Positions 20,151 to 30,270 of a stretch of DNA of 64,000 nucleotides are shown one piece after another. The stretch covers positions 2,272,001-2,336,000 of the forward strand of contig OY968796.1 of assembly GCA_963695545.1 (NCBI GenBank), written 5' to 3'. The translations under genes were made by a program, and so were the position numbers. The notes under the pieces are model-generated. The model did no database searches. It was not told where the DNA came from and worked only from the letters and a program-made list of their open reading frames with translations. Source of the DNA: Terriglobia bacterium. GTDB lineage: Bacteria; Acidobacteriota; Terriglobia; Acidiferrales; UBA7541. The number at the start of each line of letters is the position of its first letter. The first letter of the stretch is position 1.

Positions 20151-21200
20151 ATGACGTCTAAGCCCATCTCTTCAACTGCTGAAGTGCTGACGCCGATTTG
20201 GGAACGCTTGCTGCAACGGTCTCCGATCGGTGCCGACGATAATTTTTTCGATCTCGGCGGCGATTCGTTGCTGGCCGTTCAGCTTTTTGCGGAAATCGAG
20301 CGAGCATGTGGTCGGGACTTGGTTCCCGTGACAATTTATTGTGCTCCGACGATCGCTTCTTTGTCTGCGATTCTCGACGAGCCCACCGCGCCGCGTTTCC
20401 CGCCTCTTCTGCAATTGAAGGCTGGCACTGAAGCGTCGCCGGTTTTCGTTGCGCACGGCCTTGGCGGCACCGCCATGGATTTTTTCCAACTCGTGAAACA
20501 CATCCAAACGCAACGTCCCATTTATGGGATGCAAGCCAAGGGCGCCGATGGCGCCGACGAACCCTTCGACCGGATCGAAGACTTGGCACAATTTCATCTC
20601 GACGCAATTCAGCAATTGCAGCCCCACGGTCCCTACTTTCTGGTCGGTTACTCTCTCGGAGGACTTGTGACGCTTGAGATGGCGCAACGCCTAACGGAGA
20701 AGGGAGAAAACGTCGCGCTGCTGGCCATGCTGGAAAGTTATCCGCACCCGAGGTTCCTTTCGGCGGTAGAGCGCACGCGCCTCGCCACTCGCATGGCGAG
20801 GAGCCGCGCTTCGGCCGTCGGTCGATTGCCCATACGCAATGTACTTTCCTACATTATTCACCCGTCTGAACGCGGCTCGAGTGGGTCCCGAGATGGGAAC
20901 GGAGACGCAGCAGGCAAGCCGGCGGTTAGCGCATCCGTTTCGCCGACGATGCAACGCGCTCGTGATACTGCCTACACCGCTTTGACGCGATATCGCCCGA
21001 AGTTTTACAGCGGATCGATAAAATTCGTGAGGGCCGAGATCGTCTCCGACTTCCCTGATGATCCTGCCGCAATTTGGTCTAGCTTGGCCGGTAAGTTTGA
21101 AGTTGAGACGGTGCCGGGTGATCATCTCGGCATCCTCGGCATACACTTCGAGACCCTCGCCTCCGTAATTTCCCGTTACTTGGCCGAAGCCTCGTCTTAA
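20151..21200 (+). CDS. Carrier protein (PCP/ACP)-thioesterase didomain 2
   Basis: FFDLGGDSL; TE motifs HGLGG, GYSLGG, VPGDHLGIL. Confidence 0.88.
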   Translation: MTSKPISSTAEVLTPIWERLLQRSPIGADDNFFDLGGDSLLAVQLFAEIERACGRDLVPVTIYCAPTIASLSAILDEPTAPRFPPLLQLKAGTEASPVFVAHGLGGTAMDFFQLVKHIQTQRPIYGMQAKGADGADEPFDRIEDLAQFHLDAIQQLQPHGPYFLVGYSLGGLVTLEMAQRLTEKGENVALLAMLESYPHPRFLSAVERTRLATRMARSRASAVGRLPIRNVLSYIIHPSERGSSGSRDGNGDAAGKPAVSASVSPTMQRARDTAYTALTRYRPKFYSGSIKFVRAEIVSDFPDDPAAIWSSLAGKFEVETVPGDHLGILGIHFETLASVISRYLAEASS

Positions 21201-21265
21201 CAGCGCAGCTGGAATTCGATGCTCTTCGCTCGGGCGCTCCAACTCTTCGCCGGCCCGGCTCCAGT

Positions 21266-22498
21266 CTAGAGCGTCACCGGCAGCGTCTTCAGCCCTCTGA
21301 ATCCGAAATTCGGCGCCCATTCCGGCTTCTGCGTCGCGAGCTGCATCCGCGGAAACCGCCTCACCATTCCCAAAACTGCAGCCTGCCCTTCCAGACGAGC
21401 CAATTGATTCCCGATGCAGAAATGCGCGCCGGCACCAAACGCCAGATGCTGATTGTTCACGCGTTTCAGGTTTAGCCGGTCAGGTTCGTCAAACTGTTCT
21501 GCGTCCCGGTTCGCGGCCCCGAGCATGCACAGAATTGTTTGCCCCCGCCGCAGCCGCACGCCGCAAATCTCCGCCTCGTCTTTTACAATCCGCGCGGTGT
21601 ATTGAATCGGACTTTCGTATCGCAGCATTTCCTCCACGGCCGTGCGAATTATTTCAGGATTTTCACGCAGGCCGCGAGCCTCGAGTGGATTCTGCAGTAG
21701 CGAGCACATTCCATTGCCAATCAGGTTTCGGGTCGTCTCGTGTCCGGCGAAGAGCAGCATTACGCACTGCGCGTAGAGCTCGTCTTCGGTCAACGTCTCT
21801 CCATCCGCCTCGATGTCAATTAAGAGGCTGATCAGGTCGTTGCCTTTGTTCCGCCGCCGCTCCGCCACAGCCTGACGAAAAAAGTCCGTCAGTGCAATCA
21901 CCGCCTGCTGCGCCGCCCGCGCCTCCTCCGGTGTGCGGTTCGGACTCCCCATGAAATTCGCGATCGCCTCCGACCACTCGATGAACCGTTCATGCAGCGT
22001 CTCCGGCACGCCGAGCATATCTGCGATAACGTGCACCGGCATCGGATAGGCGATCGCCCGCATCAAGTCCGTCTCGGTCACGCGCGTGAGCGGCGCGAGC
22101 ATTCGGTCCACGACCGCCTCGATTTGCGGGCGCAGCTCTTCCGCCCCCGCCGGCGAAAATCCCTTGTTCATCAGTTTTCGCAACCGCGTATGCTCGGGCG
22201 CGTCCATGAAAATCATCCACATCCCCATCATCCGCGCCAGGTCCTGAAACTCAGCCTGTTGCTCTGGCGGCATCGTAAGCAAAAGTCTTCCCGTCCGCCT
22301 TGCCGAGAGTCGCGCATCTCGCGTCGCCGCAGAGCAGTCCGCGTGGCTGATCACTGCCCACACCGCCCACATCCCACCGCTCACGTCCACGTAGTGGAGC
22401 GGCCCCTCCTCCAGGAGGCGCCGGTAGGTCGGATAGGGGTCTTGAACGAATTCAGGCGTAAACAGGATCTTCGGGGCAGGCGTTGCCGGTCGTGCCAT
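21266..22498 (-). CDS. Cytochrome P450
   Basis: DAPEHTRLR, AGHETT, EEMLRY, heme motif FGAGAHFCIG. Confidence 0.95.
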   Translation of the reverse strand: MARPATPAPKILFTPEFVQDPYPTYRRLLEEGPLHYVDVSGGMWAVWAVISHADCSAATRDARLSARRTGRLLLTMPPEQQAEFQDLARMMGMWMIFMDAPEHTRLRKLMNKGFSPAGAEELRPQIEAVVDRMLAPLTRVTETDLMRAIAYPMPVHVIADMLGVPETLHERFIEWSEAIANFMGSPNRTPEEARAAQQAVIALTDFFRQAVAERRRNKGNDLISLLIDIEADGETLTEDELYAQCVMLLFAGHETTRNLIGNGMCSLLQNPLEARGLRENPEIIRTAVEEMLRYESPIQYTARIVKDEAEICGVRLRRGQTILCMLGAANRDAEQFDEPDRLNLKRVNNQHLAFGAGAHFCIGNQLARLEGQAAVLGMVRRFPRMQLATQKPEWAPNFGFRGLKTLPVTL

Positions 22499-22642
22499 CG
22501 TCGATCATCTCTCCGAACTTCGCGGAAATTGAACAGCTGCGCGAACCTGAATTTACATTGTTCAGTTACGAAATTCGAGGCGAATCGCTCGCCGTCGTTT
22601 CTCACGACCGTCGTAATATAGGACGTCTCATTACTCTCTAAT

Positions 22643-24190
22643 ATGAACGGCGCTGAAAGTCTAGTTCGCACGCTGATCGCTGCCGGAGTGGGCGCCTGTT
22701 TCACCAACCCTGGCACGTCCGAAATGCATATTGTTGCCGCACTGGACGGCGCGGCGGAAATGCATTGCGTGCTCGGCCTGTTCGAGGGTGTCGTAACCGG
22801 GGCCGCGGACGGCTACGCGCGCATGTCTGGAAAGCCGGCATGCACTCTGCTGCACCTCGGTCCTGGGCTGGCGAATGGCGGCGCTAATTTGCATAACGCG
22901 AGTCGAGCTCGCGTGCCGATGGTTAACATCGTCGGCCAGCATGCGATCCACCATCTGCGCTATGACGCGCCGCTTACCTCCGATATCGAAGCGATTGCGC
23001 GCCCATTTTCAAAATGGGTGTGCACATCGGTCGCCGCCTCGGATATAGGACGCGATGCTGCTCGAGCGATCGTCGCGGCGCGCACAGCGCCGGGGCAGAT
23101 TGCAACGCTGATCGTTCCCGCCGATGTCGCCTGGACCGACGGCGGCGCGATCGCTAAAATACCGGCTCTCCTGGAGCCGCCGTTACCATCGAGCGGCGCG
23201 ATTGACCGTGCGGCCTCGATGCTCCGGACCGGATTGCCCACCGCACTGTTGCTCGACGGGAATGCGCTGTACGGAAATGGGCTCATCGCGGCTGGGCGCA
23301 TCTCCGCGGCTACAGGCGCGAGATTGCTCGCGCCTTATCCCATTACCCGCGTCCAGCGCGGGGCTGGTACTCCTTCGGTACAGCGAATTCCTTATATGCC
23401 AGAGCAGGCCCTCGAGCTTCTCAAAGATTTTCGTCAGCTGATATTGGTGGGCGCGCCCGTACCGGTTGCCTATTTTGCTCGCCCGGGCAGAAGCAGCGAG
23501 CTGGTGTCTTCCGAATGTGAGATTCATGCGCTAGCGAGTCCGGGCGATGATTATCCTGGCGCTCTCGACGCGTTGGCGGTGGCATTATCGCTGCAAAACG
23601 GGGCGCGATCGCCGGAGAAGAAGATAGACCGGCCGCCCGCGCCAGCCGGCGAAATTACTCTGCCCGGTCTCGCAACTTCTATCGCGGCGATGTTGCCTGA
23701 GGACGCTATCGTAGTCGATGAAGCGATGACGTCGGGTCGAGGCATCATGGCGGCGACAAGCGGAGGCCCGCCACACGATTGGCTGGGGAATACGGGTGGC
23801 TCAATCGGTATCGCGCTGCCACTCGCTGTGGGCGCGGCGGTCGCGTGTCCCGCGCGGCGCGTGCTATGCCTCACGGCGGACGGCAGCGGAATGTACACGC
23901 CGCAGGCGCTGTGGACCATGGCGCGAGAAGGACTGAAGGTCACCACTGTGGTTTTTGCAAATCGTACATATGCGGTGCTTCAGCGCGAGTTTCTCAGCCT
24001 TGGTCTCGGCGCGCCCGGGCCGCGCGCCGCGGATCTATTCGATATCGGGCGCCCAACACTCGACTGGGTTCATTTGGCAAAGGGTCTGGGCGTGCCGGCC
24101 TGCCGTGTCACTTCGCTCGACGCATTCGCAAAAGCGCTGAGAGATGGATTTGACAGCGATGGACCTACGTTGATCGAAGTTCCTCTGTAA
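22643..24190 (+). CDS. ThDP-dependent enzyme (acetolactate-synthase-like / 2-keto-acid decarboxylase family)
   Basis: NPGTSE, FEGVVTGAADGYAR, ThDP motif ADGSGMY...N. Confidence 0.88.
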   Translation: MNGAESLVRTLIAAGVGACFTNPGTSEMHIVAALDGAAEMHCVLGLFEGVVTGAADGYARMSGKPACTLLHLGPGLANGGANLHNASRARVPMVNIVGQHAIHHLRYDAPLTSDIEAIARPFSKWVCTSVAASDIGRDAARAIVAARTAPGQIATLIVPADVAWTDGGAIAKIPALLEPPLPSSGAIDRAASMLRTGLPTALLLDGNALYGNGLIAAGRISAATGARLLAPYPITRVQRGAGTPSVQRIPYMPEQALELLKDFRQLILVGAPVPVAYFARPGRSSELVSSECEIHALASPGDDYPGALDALAVALSLQNGARSPEKKIDRPPAPAGEITLPGLATSIAAMLPEDAIVVDEAMTSGRGIMAATSGGPPHDWLGNTGGSIGIALPLAVGAAVACPARRVLCLTADGSGMYTPQALWTMAREGLKVTTVVFANRTYAVLQREFLSLGLGAPGPRAADLFDIGRPTLDWVHLAKGLGVPACRVTSLDAFAKALRDGFDSDGPTLIEVPL

Positions 24191-24244
24191 CCGCTCGGCT
24201 CTCAACTCACACTCCGCGAAGCTCCGCCCCGGGAAAACGCGCTT

Positions 24245-25816
24245 TCACTCTGGCTTGGCGGTGGATGGCAGTAGTTTCGCGAGCTCGTCCTTTTTGACTT
24301 TTCCGGTTAGAGTCAACGGCATCTCGGGAACCAGAATAATTTGCGATGGGTGTTTGTACGGCGCAAGGTTGCGCATCGCGTGGCTTGTCAGTTCGGCGAT
24401 CGTGGGCGGTGAATCGGCCGACGGTTGAACGAATGCGACGACCTCCTCCCCGCCTCCTTCCATTCCTTCAACGGTTCGGCCAATCACGGCCGACCGGACG
24501 ACGCCAGGGTGGGAATTCAGCACCGCCTCAACCTCTGCCGGATAAACATTCATCCCAAATCGCACGATCAATTCCTTAGTGCGCCCCACGATAAATAGAT
24601 TTCCATCTTCCAATCGAGCGAGGTCGCGGGTGTTGAACCATCCCTCGGCGTCGATGGCGGCGGCCGTCTCCTCTGGGGCGCGATAGTAACCCTTCATCAC
24701 GTTCGGCCCGCGCACCCATAATTCACCCACTTCACCTTGAGCCACTGGCTTGCCGTCCGCCCCCACGAATTTCACTTCGATTCCGGGAAACACCTGGCCG
24801 ACAGAAATGTCGTTGCGGGGTTCCTCGATTCTCGCTTGCGCTATGTTCGGCGAGCATTCCGTGACGCCGTAACCGTTATAGAGCGGCATGCCAAAAAGCG
24901 CTTCTACGGCCGTTTTTACCGCAGGTTGCAGCGGCGCGCCGGAGGACGAGATGATTCGAAGCGCAGGGAATTTCAATTTCTCCAATCTTTTTATTTTTGA
25001 GTACTCAACCAACAAGCCGAACATCGACGGCACGCCGAGTACGACCGTGAGTCGATCACGTTCCAGCGCCGCGAGCGCCGCGACGGGATCAAAACGCGGC
25101 GCCACGTACAGCGTCGCGCCGCTAAGCAGCGTGCCTAAAAGTACCACCGAGAGCCCTACAGCATGCGACATCGGCAGAACGCCGTAGAGACGATCATCCG
25201 GCGTCAGCGAGCGAATTTTTGCCGAAATCGCCGCGACAAACAGCAAATTCCTGTGAGTTAGTACCACGCCTTTGGGTAGTCCGGTTGTCCCTGACGTATA
25301 GATCAGAGCCGCGACGCGATCAGCTCGGTTCTCTTCAACCGCCTCGGGCTCGACTTTCTCGTTCATCGAGCCAAAACCGATCGGGCCCAGTCCGGCGACA
25401 TCTCCCATCGTCGCACCATGCCGCTTGGCATGCTGCGTAGCGTGCGGCGAGACGCTGGTAGTGTAAATTACGCGGCGCGCGCCACAGTGATCGCGGATGT
25501 CGTCGATCTCGCGAGCTGAAAGCCGCGCGTTCACGAACACCGGCCATGCGTCGATACCCGCCGCAGCCAGGAAAATCGCGATCAGCGCTCGACAGTTCTC
25601 GCATACGATCATGACTCGATCACCCGCGCGCACGCCCGATTCGCGGAGCCAGGAGCTAGTTTCGGCGACCACCTCGCCCAGTTGCCGATAGGTCCAGCTA
25701 CCCGCGGCCTCCACCACCGCCGGCCGGTCAGGGGAGCGTTCGGTCCACGGCCCGATGACGTCGCTTACGCTCTCCGGCAGCGCTTTCAAGATTTCGGATA
25801 CGTGAATGTCATTCAT
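24245..25816 (-). CDS. AMP-forming acyl-CoA synthetase / stand-alone adenylating enzyme
   Basis: YTSGTTGLPKG, YGVTE, GELWVRGPNVMKGYY, NVYPAEVE, TGKVKK. Confidence 0.92.
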   Translation of the reverse strand: MNDIHVSEILKALPESVSDVIGPWTERSPDRPAVVEAAGSWTYRQLGEVVAETSSWLRESGVRAGDRVMIVCENCRALIAIFLAAAGIDAWPVFVNARLSAREIDDIRDHCGARRVIYTTSVSPHATQHAKRHGATMGDVAGLGPIGFGSMNEKVEPEAVEENRADRVAALIYTSGTTGLPKGVVLTHRNLLFVAAISAKIRSLTPDDRLYGVLPMSHAVGLSVVLLGTLLSGATLYVAPRFDPVAALAALERDRLTVVLGVPSMFGLLVEYSKIKRLEKLKFPALRIISSSGAPLQPAVKTAVEALFGMPLYNGYGVTECSPNIAQARIEEPRNDISVGQVFPGIEVKFVGADGKPVAQGEVGELWVRGPNVMKGYYRAPEETAAAIDAEGWFNTRDLARLEDGNLFIVGRTKELIVRFGMNVYPAEVEAVLNSHPGVVRSAVIGRTVEGMEGGGEEVVAFVQPSADSPPTIAELTSHAMRNLAPYKHPSQIILVPEMPLTLTGKVKKDELAKLLPSTAKPE

Positions 25817-26010
25817 ACCCGATCATCATACCAGCGCGCTTTGGCCACGTGTGGGCTGCGTGACGCGTACTGCGATGTCTGCGGCCGGTAAATTCTGGCC
25901 AGTTGGAACTGCGCGGGGAATATTACGGGGAGAAATATCACATAGCGTGTATCGACGAAGAGGCCGTACGGCCGAAACACATTAGCCTCAGACAATTTGA
26001 ATGGACGAAC

Positions 26011-27057
26011 TCACCCGCGCACTGCGGGGGTCGCGGCCCGAATCGACGACGCGTCGGCCTTCCCGGTGATCAGATACCGTAACCAATTGCTGTAAACGGT
26101 CGCGGCCGATTTTTGCCAGGTACCTTGGATGGCCTCGGAAATGGCGGCCTCGGGAAATCTTGCCAAGAGTTCCTCGCGTGGATCCGCAATAACGCTCTCT
26201 TGAAAATCCGATAGCAGTTTGGTGGCTATAGGGTCGAAGTATCCTTCTGGCATCGTCGGGTACGATTCTCTGTCCCGCCTCAAAAACCGTTTTATGTCTC
26301 TTCGGAACTCTTTGAGCAGGGTTCGCGTCTCGTATTCCGGATGACCCTGAAAGTGCACGAAGAAGCTGTTCTTCTTCTTTTTGACAAATAGGTCAACGCC
26401 CGCTTCCGCTGATTGCGTCAGGATCTCATATCCACAGGAAGTGAGCGCATCGGCTCGGACTTCATTCCAGCGAGAATGTGGAATCTGCATCCCATCCCCG
26501 AGGCCTTCGGTCAGCGCATGGCCGCGCACTTTCTTATACTCGAAAACGCCGAACTGTTTGTCAGGGAGGCGATGGCGAGGGATGCCGTCGCTGTAGAGGA
26601 CGCCGGCGTGAGCTGCCAGGCACGACAGTACCGTTGAAGTCGTGTTGCCTTCGGCCCAGTCAAGAACTTCGGTCAGGGCGGGCCAGTACGGTTCGTCCCG
26701 CAAGTCAGGGAGGAGCGGTTCAGTGCCAGTCACGATCACGCCGTCGAATCTACTGTTCAGAAGATCGCTTATCCCAGAATAGAAATCGTCGAGGTGTTTC
26801 CTTCCCGCGTCATTACGGGAAAGTTCGGGCAGGGAATAGAGCTTGAGAGATAACGGAATGTCGCCAGCCGCAGATTCGAGAAGTTCGAAGAATTGCACTT
26901 CGGTGTCCTCGAGCGCGGAGTCTGGCATGTTGTTGATCAGCGCGATTCTAACCGGCCCGGACCGCGATGTCCGATTGTCCGCGCTTCGCGCAGCCCGCGA
27001 ACGGTTCTTCCGCGACAAAAGATTCGGAACCCTTCCTCCGTCGATTGTGATTGACAT
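26011..27057 (-). CDS. metA: Homoserine O-acyltransferase (MetA/HTS family), divergent
   Basis: LINNMPD...TEVQF, FDGVIVTG, SCLAAHA (catalytic Cys), PHSRW, QGHPEY. Confidence 0.82.
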   Translation of the reverse strand: MSITIDGGRVPNLLSRKNRSRAARSADNRTSRSGPVRIALINNMPDSALEDTEVQFFELLESAAGDIPLSLKLYSLPELSRNDAGRKHLDDFYSGISDLLNSRFDGVIVTGTEPLLPDLRDEPYWPALTEVLDWAEGNTTSTVLSCLAAHAGVLYSDGIPRHRLPDKQFGVFEYKKVRGHALTEGLGDGMQIPHSRWNEVRADALTSCGYEILTQSAEAGVDLFVKKKKNSFFVHFQGHPEYETRTLLKEFRRDIKRFLRRDRESYPTMPEGYFDPIATKLLSDFQESVIADPREELLARFPEAAISEAIQGTWQKSAATVYSNWLRYLITGKADASSIRAATPAVRG

Positions 27058-27099
27058 TCCCTGGTACCTAGGCTGACGACGACCACGATCGCGACAGGC

Positions 27100-28377
27100 T
27101 TACGGAGTCGCTTTATCGAGTGCCTGCGCGAGGTCGGCGATTATGTCGTCGATGTGTTCGATGCCCACGCTCAACCGAATCATTTCCGGCGTCACGCCCG
27201 CTTTCAATTGCTCTTCGGGCGTCAGCTGACGATGTGTGGTGGACGCGGGATGACAAGCCAGCGATTTGGCATCGCCCATGTTGACCATGCGCTTGAACAA
27301 AGCGAGAGCGTCAAAGCATTTCACACCGGTCTCGAACCCGCCCTTAACTCCAAACGTAAGCAGGGAACAAGGCCGCGAGCCCAGATATCTCTGCGCCATC
27401 GGATACAACGGGCTATCCGGAAATCCCGCGTAATTTACCCACGCCACGCGTTTGTGGCCGCGCAAAAACTCCGCTACCTTCCGTGCATTCTCCACATGGC
27501 GTTCCACGCGAAGCGCCATCGTCTCGATCCCTTGCAGCAACAAGAATCCGTTGAAGGGCGAGAGCGTCGATCCCGTGTTTCGCTGGGCGACGGTCCGGCA
27601 GCGCGCCACGTACGCGGCCGCTCCATAGTGCTCGGTATATACCACGCCGTGATAGGCTATTTCAGGCTTGCTGAACATGTAGAAGCGCTCCGGATGATCG
27701 CGCCACGGAAATTTTCCGCTGTCAACTATCATCCCGCCCAACGTCGTGCCATGCCCGCCCATGAATTTCGTCATGGAGTGCACCACGACGTCCGCGCCAT
27801 ATTCAATGGGCCTCAATAAGATCGGCGTTGCCACGGTGTTGTCGACGATCAGTGGCACGCCGTGCTTGTGCGCTACGCGCGCGAGTCCTTCGATATCCGC
27901 GACGTTTCCAGCGGGGTTTCCGACACTTTCGCAAAAAACCGCGCGCGTGTTTTCGTCGATCAATTTCTCGACCGCGTCGGGATGATCACTCTCGGCAAAC
28001 CTTCCCGCAATTCCTTGCTTGGGCAAAATGTGTGCCAACAGCGTGTAGGTCGCGCCGTAGAGTTGCGGAAGCGAAACGATGTTGTTACCCAGCTCCGCGA
28101 TGTTGATCAGGGAGTAGTGGATTGCGGCCATTCCCGAGCTCACGCTCAGCGCTTCCACGCCGCCTTCAAGCGCCGCAACTCGCTTTTCCAGAATTGTGTT
28201 GGTCGGATTTCCGATGCGCGTGTAGATATTCCCCTGGACTTCGAGGTTAAATAACGCCGCGCCGTGCGCCGCGTCGTCGAATTCGAACGCGACCGTCTGG
28301 TAGATCGGCACGGCCACGGCTTTGGTCGTGGGGTCGCCGTCGTAGCCGGCGTGAATTGCCATGGTCTCGAGCTTCAT
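27100..28377 (-). CDS. metY: O-acetylhomoserine aminocarboxypropyltransferase / sulfhydrylase
   Basis: PIYQT, YTRIGNPT, VDNT, HSMTKFMGGHG (PLP Lys), HPASTTH, IRLSVGIE. Confidence 0.92.
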   Translation of the reverse strand: MKLETMAIHAGYDGDPTTKAVAVPIYQTVAFEFDDAAHGAALFNLEVQGNIYTRIGNPTNTILEKRVAALEGGVEALSVSSGMAAIHYSLINIAELGNNIVSLPQLYGATYTLLAHILPKQGIAGRFAESDHPDAVEKLIDENTRAVFCESVGNPAGNVADIEGLARVAHKHGVPLIVDNTVATPILLRPIEYGADVVVHSMTKFMGGHGTTLGGMIVDSGKFPWRDHPERFYMFSKPEIAYHGVVYTEHYGAAAYVARCRTVAQRNTGSTLSPFNGFLLLQGIETMALRVERHVENARKVAEFLRGHKRVAWVNYAGFPDSPLYPMAQRYLGSRPCSLLTFGVKGGFETGVKCFDALALFKRMVNMGDAKSLACHPASTTHRQLTPEEQLKAGVTPEMIRLSVGIEHIDDIIADLAQALDKATP

Positions 28378-28517
28378 ACGTTCAGTCGCCTCGGCATCAG
28401 AAACACATCTCTGGTGGCGTCGAACCAGAGCTCTTACGCGCCTCGATAGACATTCGCCTAACGCGTCTTGCGGTTGCGTGGGCCGAGTTTGGCTCAACTG
28501 CGCCGCGGCGGCGTCGG

Positions 28518-29759
28518 TCAGTCCGCGATCGTCTCAGCCCTGGATACCGGCGCAGGTGCCGGATTCCGCGCGAGCGCTTTCGTCATCGCCTGCGTCAGAC
28601 GTCGTGCAGCGAAACCCGCGCCGAACGCGAAGCGCATGACCGGCCCGAAGCTGTTCGCAGCCGCGAGCCCGACGAAATAAATGCCGGGAACGGATGACTC
28701 GAAATCTGACGACAACACCGGCGAGCCGTCCACACATTTGAGCTTCGAGCGGATGTCAGAATTGAGGAACGCCAGGCTTTCCGGATCAACTTTGTATCCG
28801 GTCGCGGCGATGACGTGCTCGGCGACGATTTCGCGTTCGGAACCGTCTAGACCGCGCAGATGCAGCCGCACTTTGCCATCGTCGATCGCGGCGCGCTGAA
28901 CAGCGAATCCAAGAAGAAGAGGCACGCGCCCTAGCACCTTGTCCTTAATAAACCAGCCTCCGGACGGGCCAAGCGTGGTTCGGACGATATTGATGCGCAC
29001 ACTCTCCGGTAAATAGTGAAACAACGCGGGCCCATCCGAGAAGAAGCGGGAACTCAGGCCCGGGCCGAGTCCTGAATCCGGATGTCGGATGCGCTTCCAT
29101 AACGATCGACGTTTACCCGGCGTCGGCGCGTTGTGAAATTTCAGGGAGGTGGCGCGAGCCACAAGCTGTACATCGGCGTCGGCGTCGCGCAGCAATCCAG
29201 CCATATCAATTGCCGAAGAGCCGGCGCCGACTACGACGACGCTGCGGCCCTTGAACGCTGCAAGATCGCGATGAAGGTAACTATGCGACACAAACTCCGG
29301 TGCGAGATTCGCCAGGACATCCGGAATGCGCGCAAAATGCGTGATTCCAACGGCGAGTACAACGCGACGTGCCTTGACCTCTTCGCCGTCGTCCAATCGC
29401 AAAAGAAATCCGTCCGCGGAGCACTCGATGCCGGCGACCAATTTGTCTTCGAGTTCCGGAACCATGCGGTCCTTGAAGGCGAGCCCATAATCGCCGAACG
29501 TGGCGAGGTGCACCGGAATGCCCATATCCGCGTATTCGATCCCACGTTCCGCGCAGAATTGTTTCAAAGTAAATTTGGCATCGGGATCGTAGATGTTCGA
29601 AGCGAAGCCGTCAGATTTAAGCTTCATGCCCTTTGGCATGTGTGCTTCCCAGCTATCCATCGGACGTCCAAAGATGCGGAACGGGATTCCGCGGCCGCGG
29701 AAGTGCGCGGCGATTGAAAGTCCGTAAGGTCCTGCGCCGATAATGGCAACTTCAGTCAT
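28518..29759 (-). CDS. FAD/NAD(P)-dependent oxidoreductase, paralog of 12794-13990
   Basis: GAGPYGL, MPKGMKLKS, GAGSSA, ATGY, ESSVPGIYFVG. Confidence 0.85.
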   Translation of the reverse strand: MTEVAIIGAGPYGLSIAAHFRGRGIPFRIFGRPMDSWEAHMPKGMKLKSDGFASNIYDPDAKFTLKQFCAERGIEYADMGIPVHLATFGDYGLAFKDRMVPELEDKLVAGIECSADGFLLRLDDGEEVKARRVVLAVGITHFARIPDVLANLAPEFVSHSYLHRDLAAFKGRSVVVVGAGSSAIDMAGLLRDADADVQLVARATSLKFHNAPTPGKRRSLWKRIRHPDSGLGPGLSSRFFSDGPALFHYLPESVRINIVRTTLGPSGGWFIKDKVLGRVPLLLGFAVQRAAIDDGKVRLHLRGLDGSEREIVAEHVIAATGYKVDPESLAFLNSDIRSKLKCVDGSPVLSSDFESSVPGIYFVGLAAANSFGPVMRFAFGAGFAARRLTQAMTKALARNPAPAPVSRAETIAD

Positions 29760-30270
29760 AGTCCTAACCAAGGATCCTTCCAAGTGGTCTCTGTTGCTCG
29801 CTGTGTCACATGCACCCCGCCGTCCGGGGGCATTAGCGATACTGGCCCGAAATCGGAAATCTGTCCAGACGCTGTGTGCGGGCCACCATCGTTTGAGATA
29901 CGTCCCGCGATCCATTTGTCTGCAATCGAATCGCCCACTTTGCGTCCTATAAATACCTTATAATGAGCCATATATAGGTCCTCAAAAGAGAAGGGAGCGA
30001 TTCAAATACCCTTTTCCGGCCAAGCAATTCCTCAAGAACGCGCCGTAGCACCAGTGGCAACCTGAGACCATTCCCACCGTCGGAAAGCGCTTTGCGAACG
30101 TCAAGCAGAGCGCGGGTCGCTCGGCATCAGGCGCTAGCCGTGGCAAAGCGGACATCCTGTATACTCTCCTCCAATTCGTGGCGTTTGCCCGCGCAATTTT
30201 GTGAGCAATTCGATGGAGCCCCGGGTTGCTAAGCGGTCGATGGCCCGATCCCGGTCAAGCAGCAGAGCCC

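Noticed and set aside
22643..24190. Housekeeping ilvB/ilvI
   Set aside because: Short NPGTSE-type ThDP protein with no small subunit or ilvC/ilvD nearby; treated as a cassette enzyme
28378..30270. SAM or other riboswitch upstream of metY/metA
   Set aside because: No recognisable SAM-I/II core or terminator seen by eye; an Rfam scan would be needed to exclude it fully
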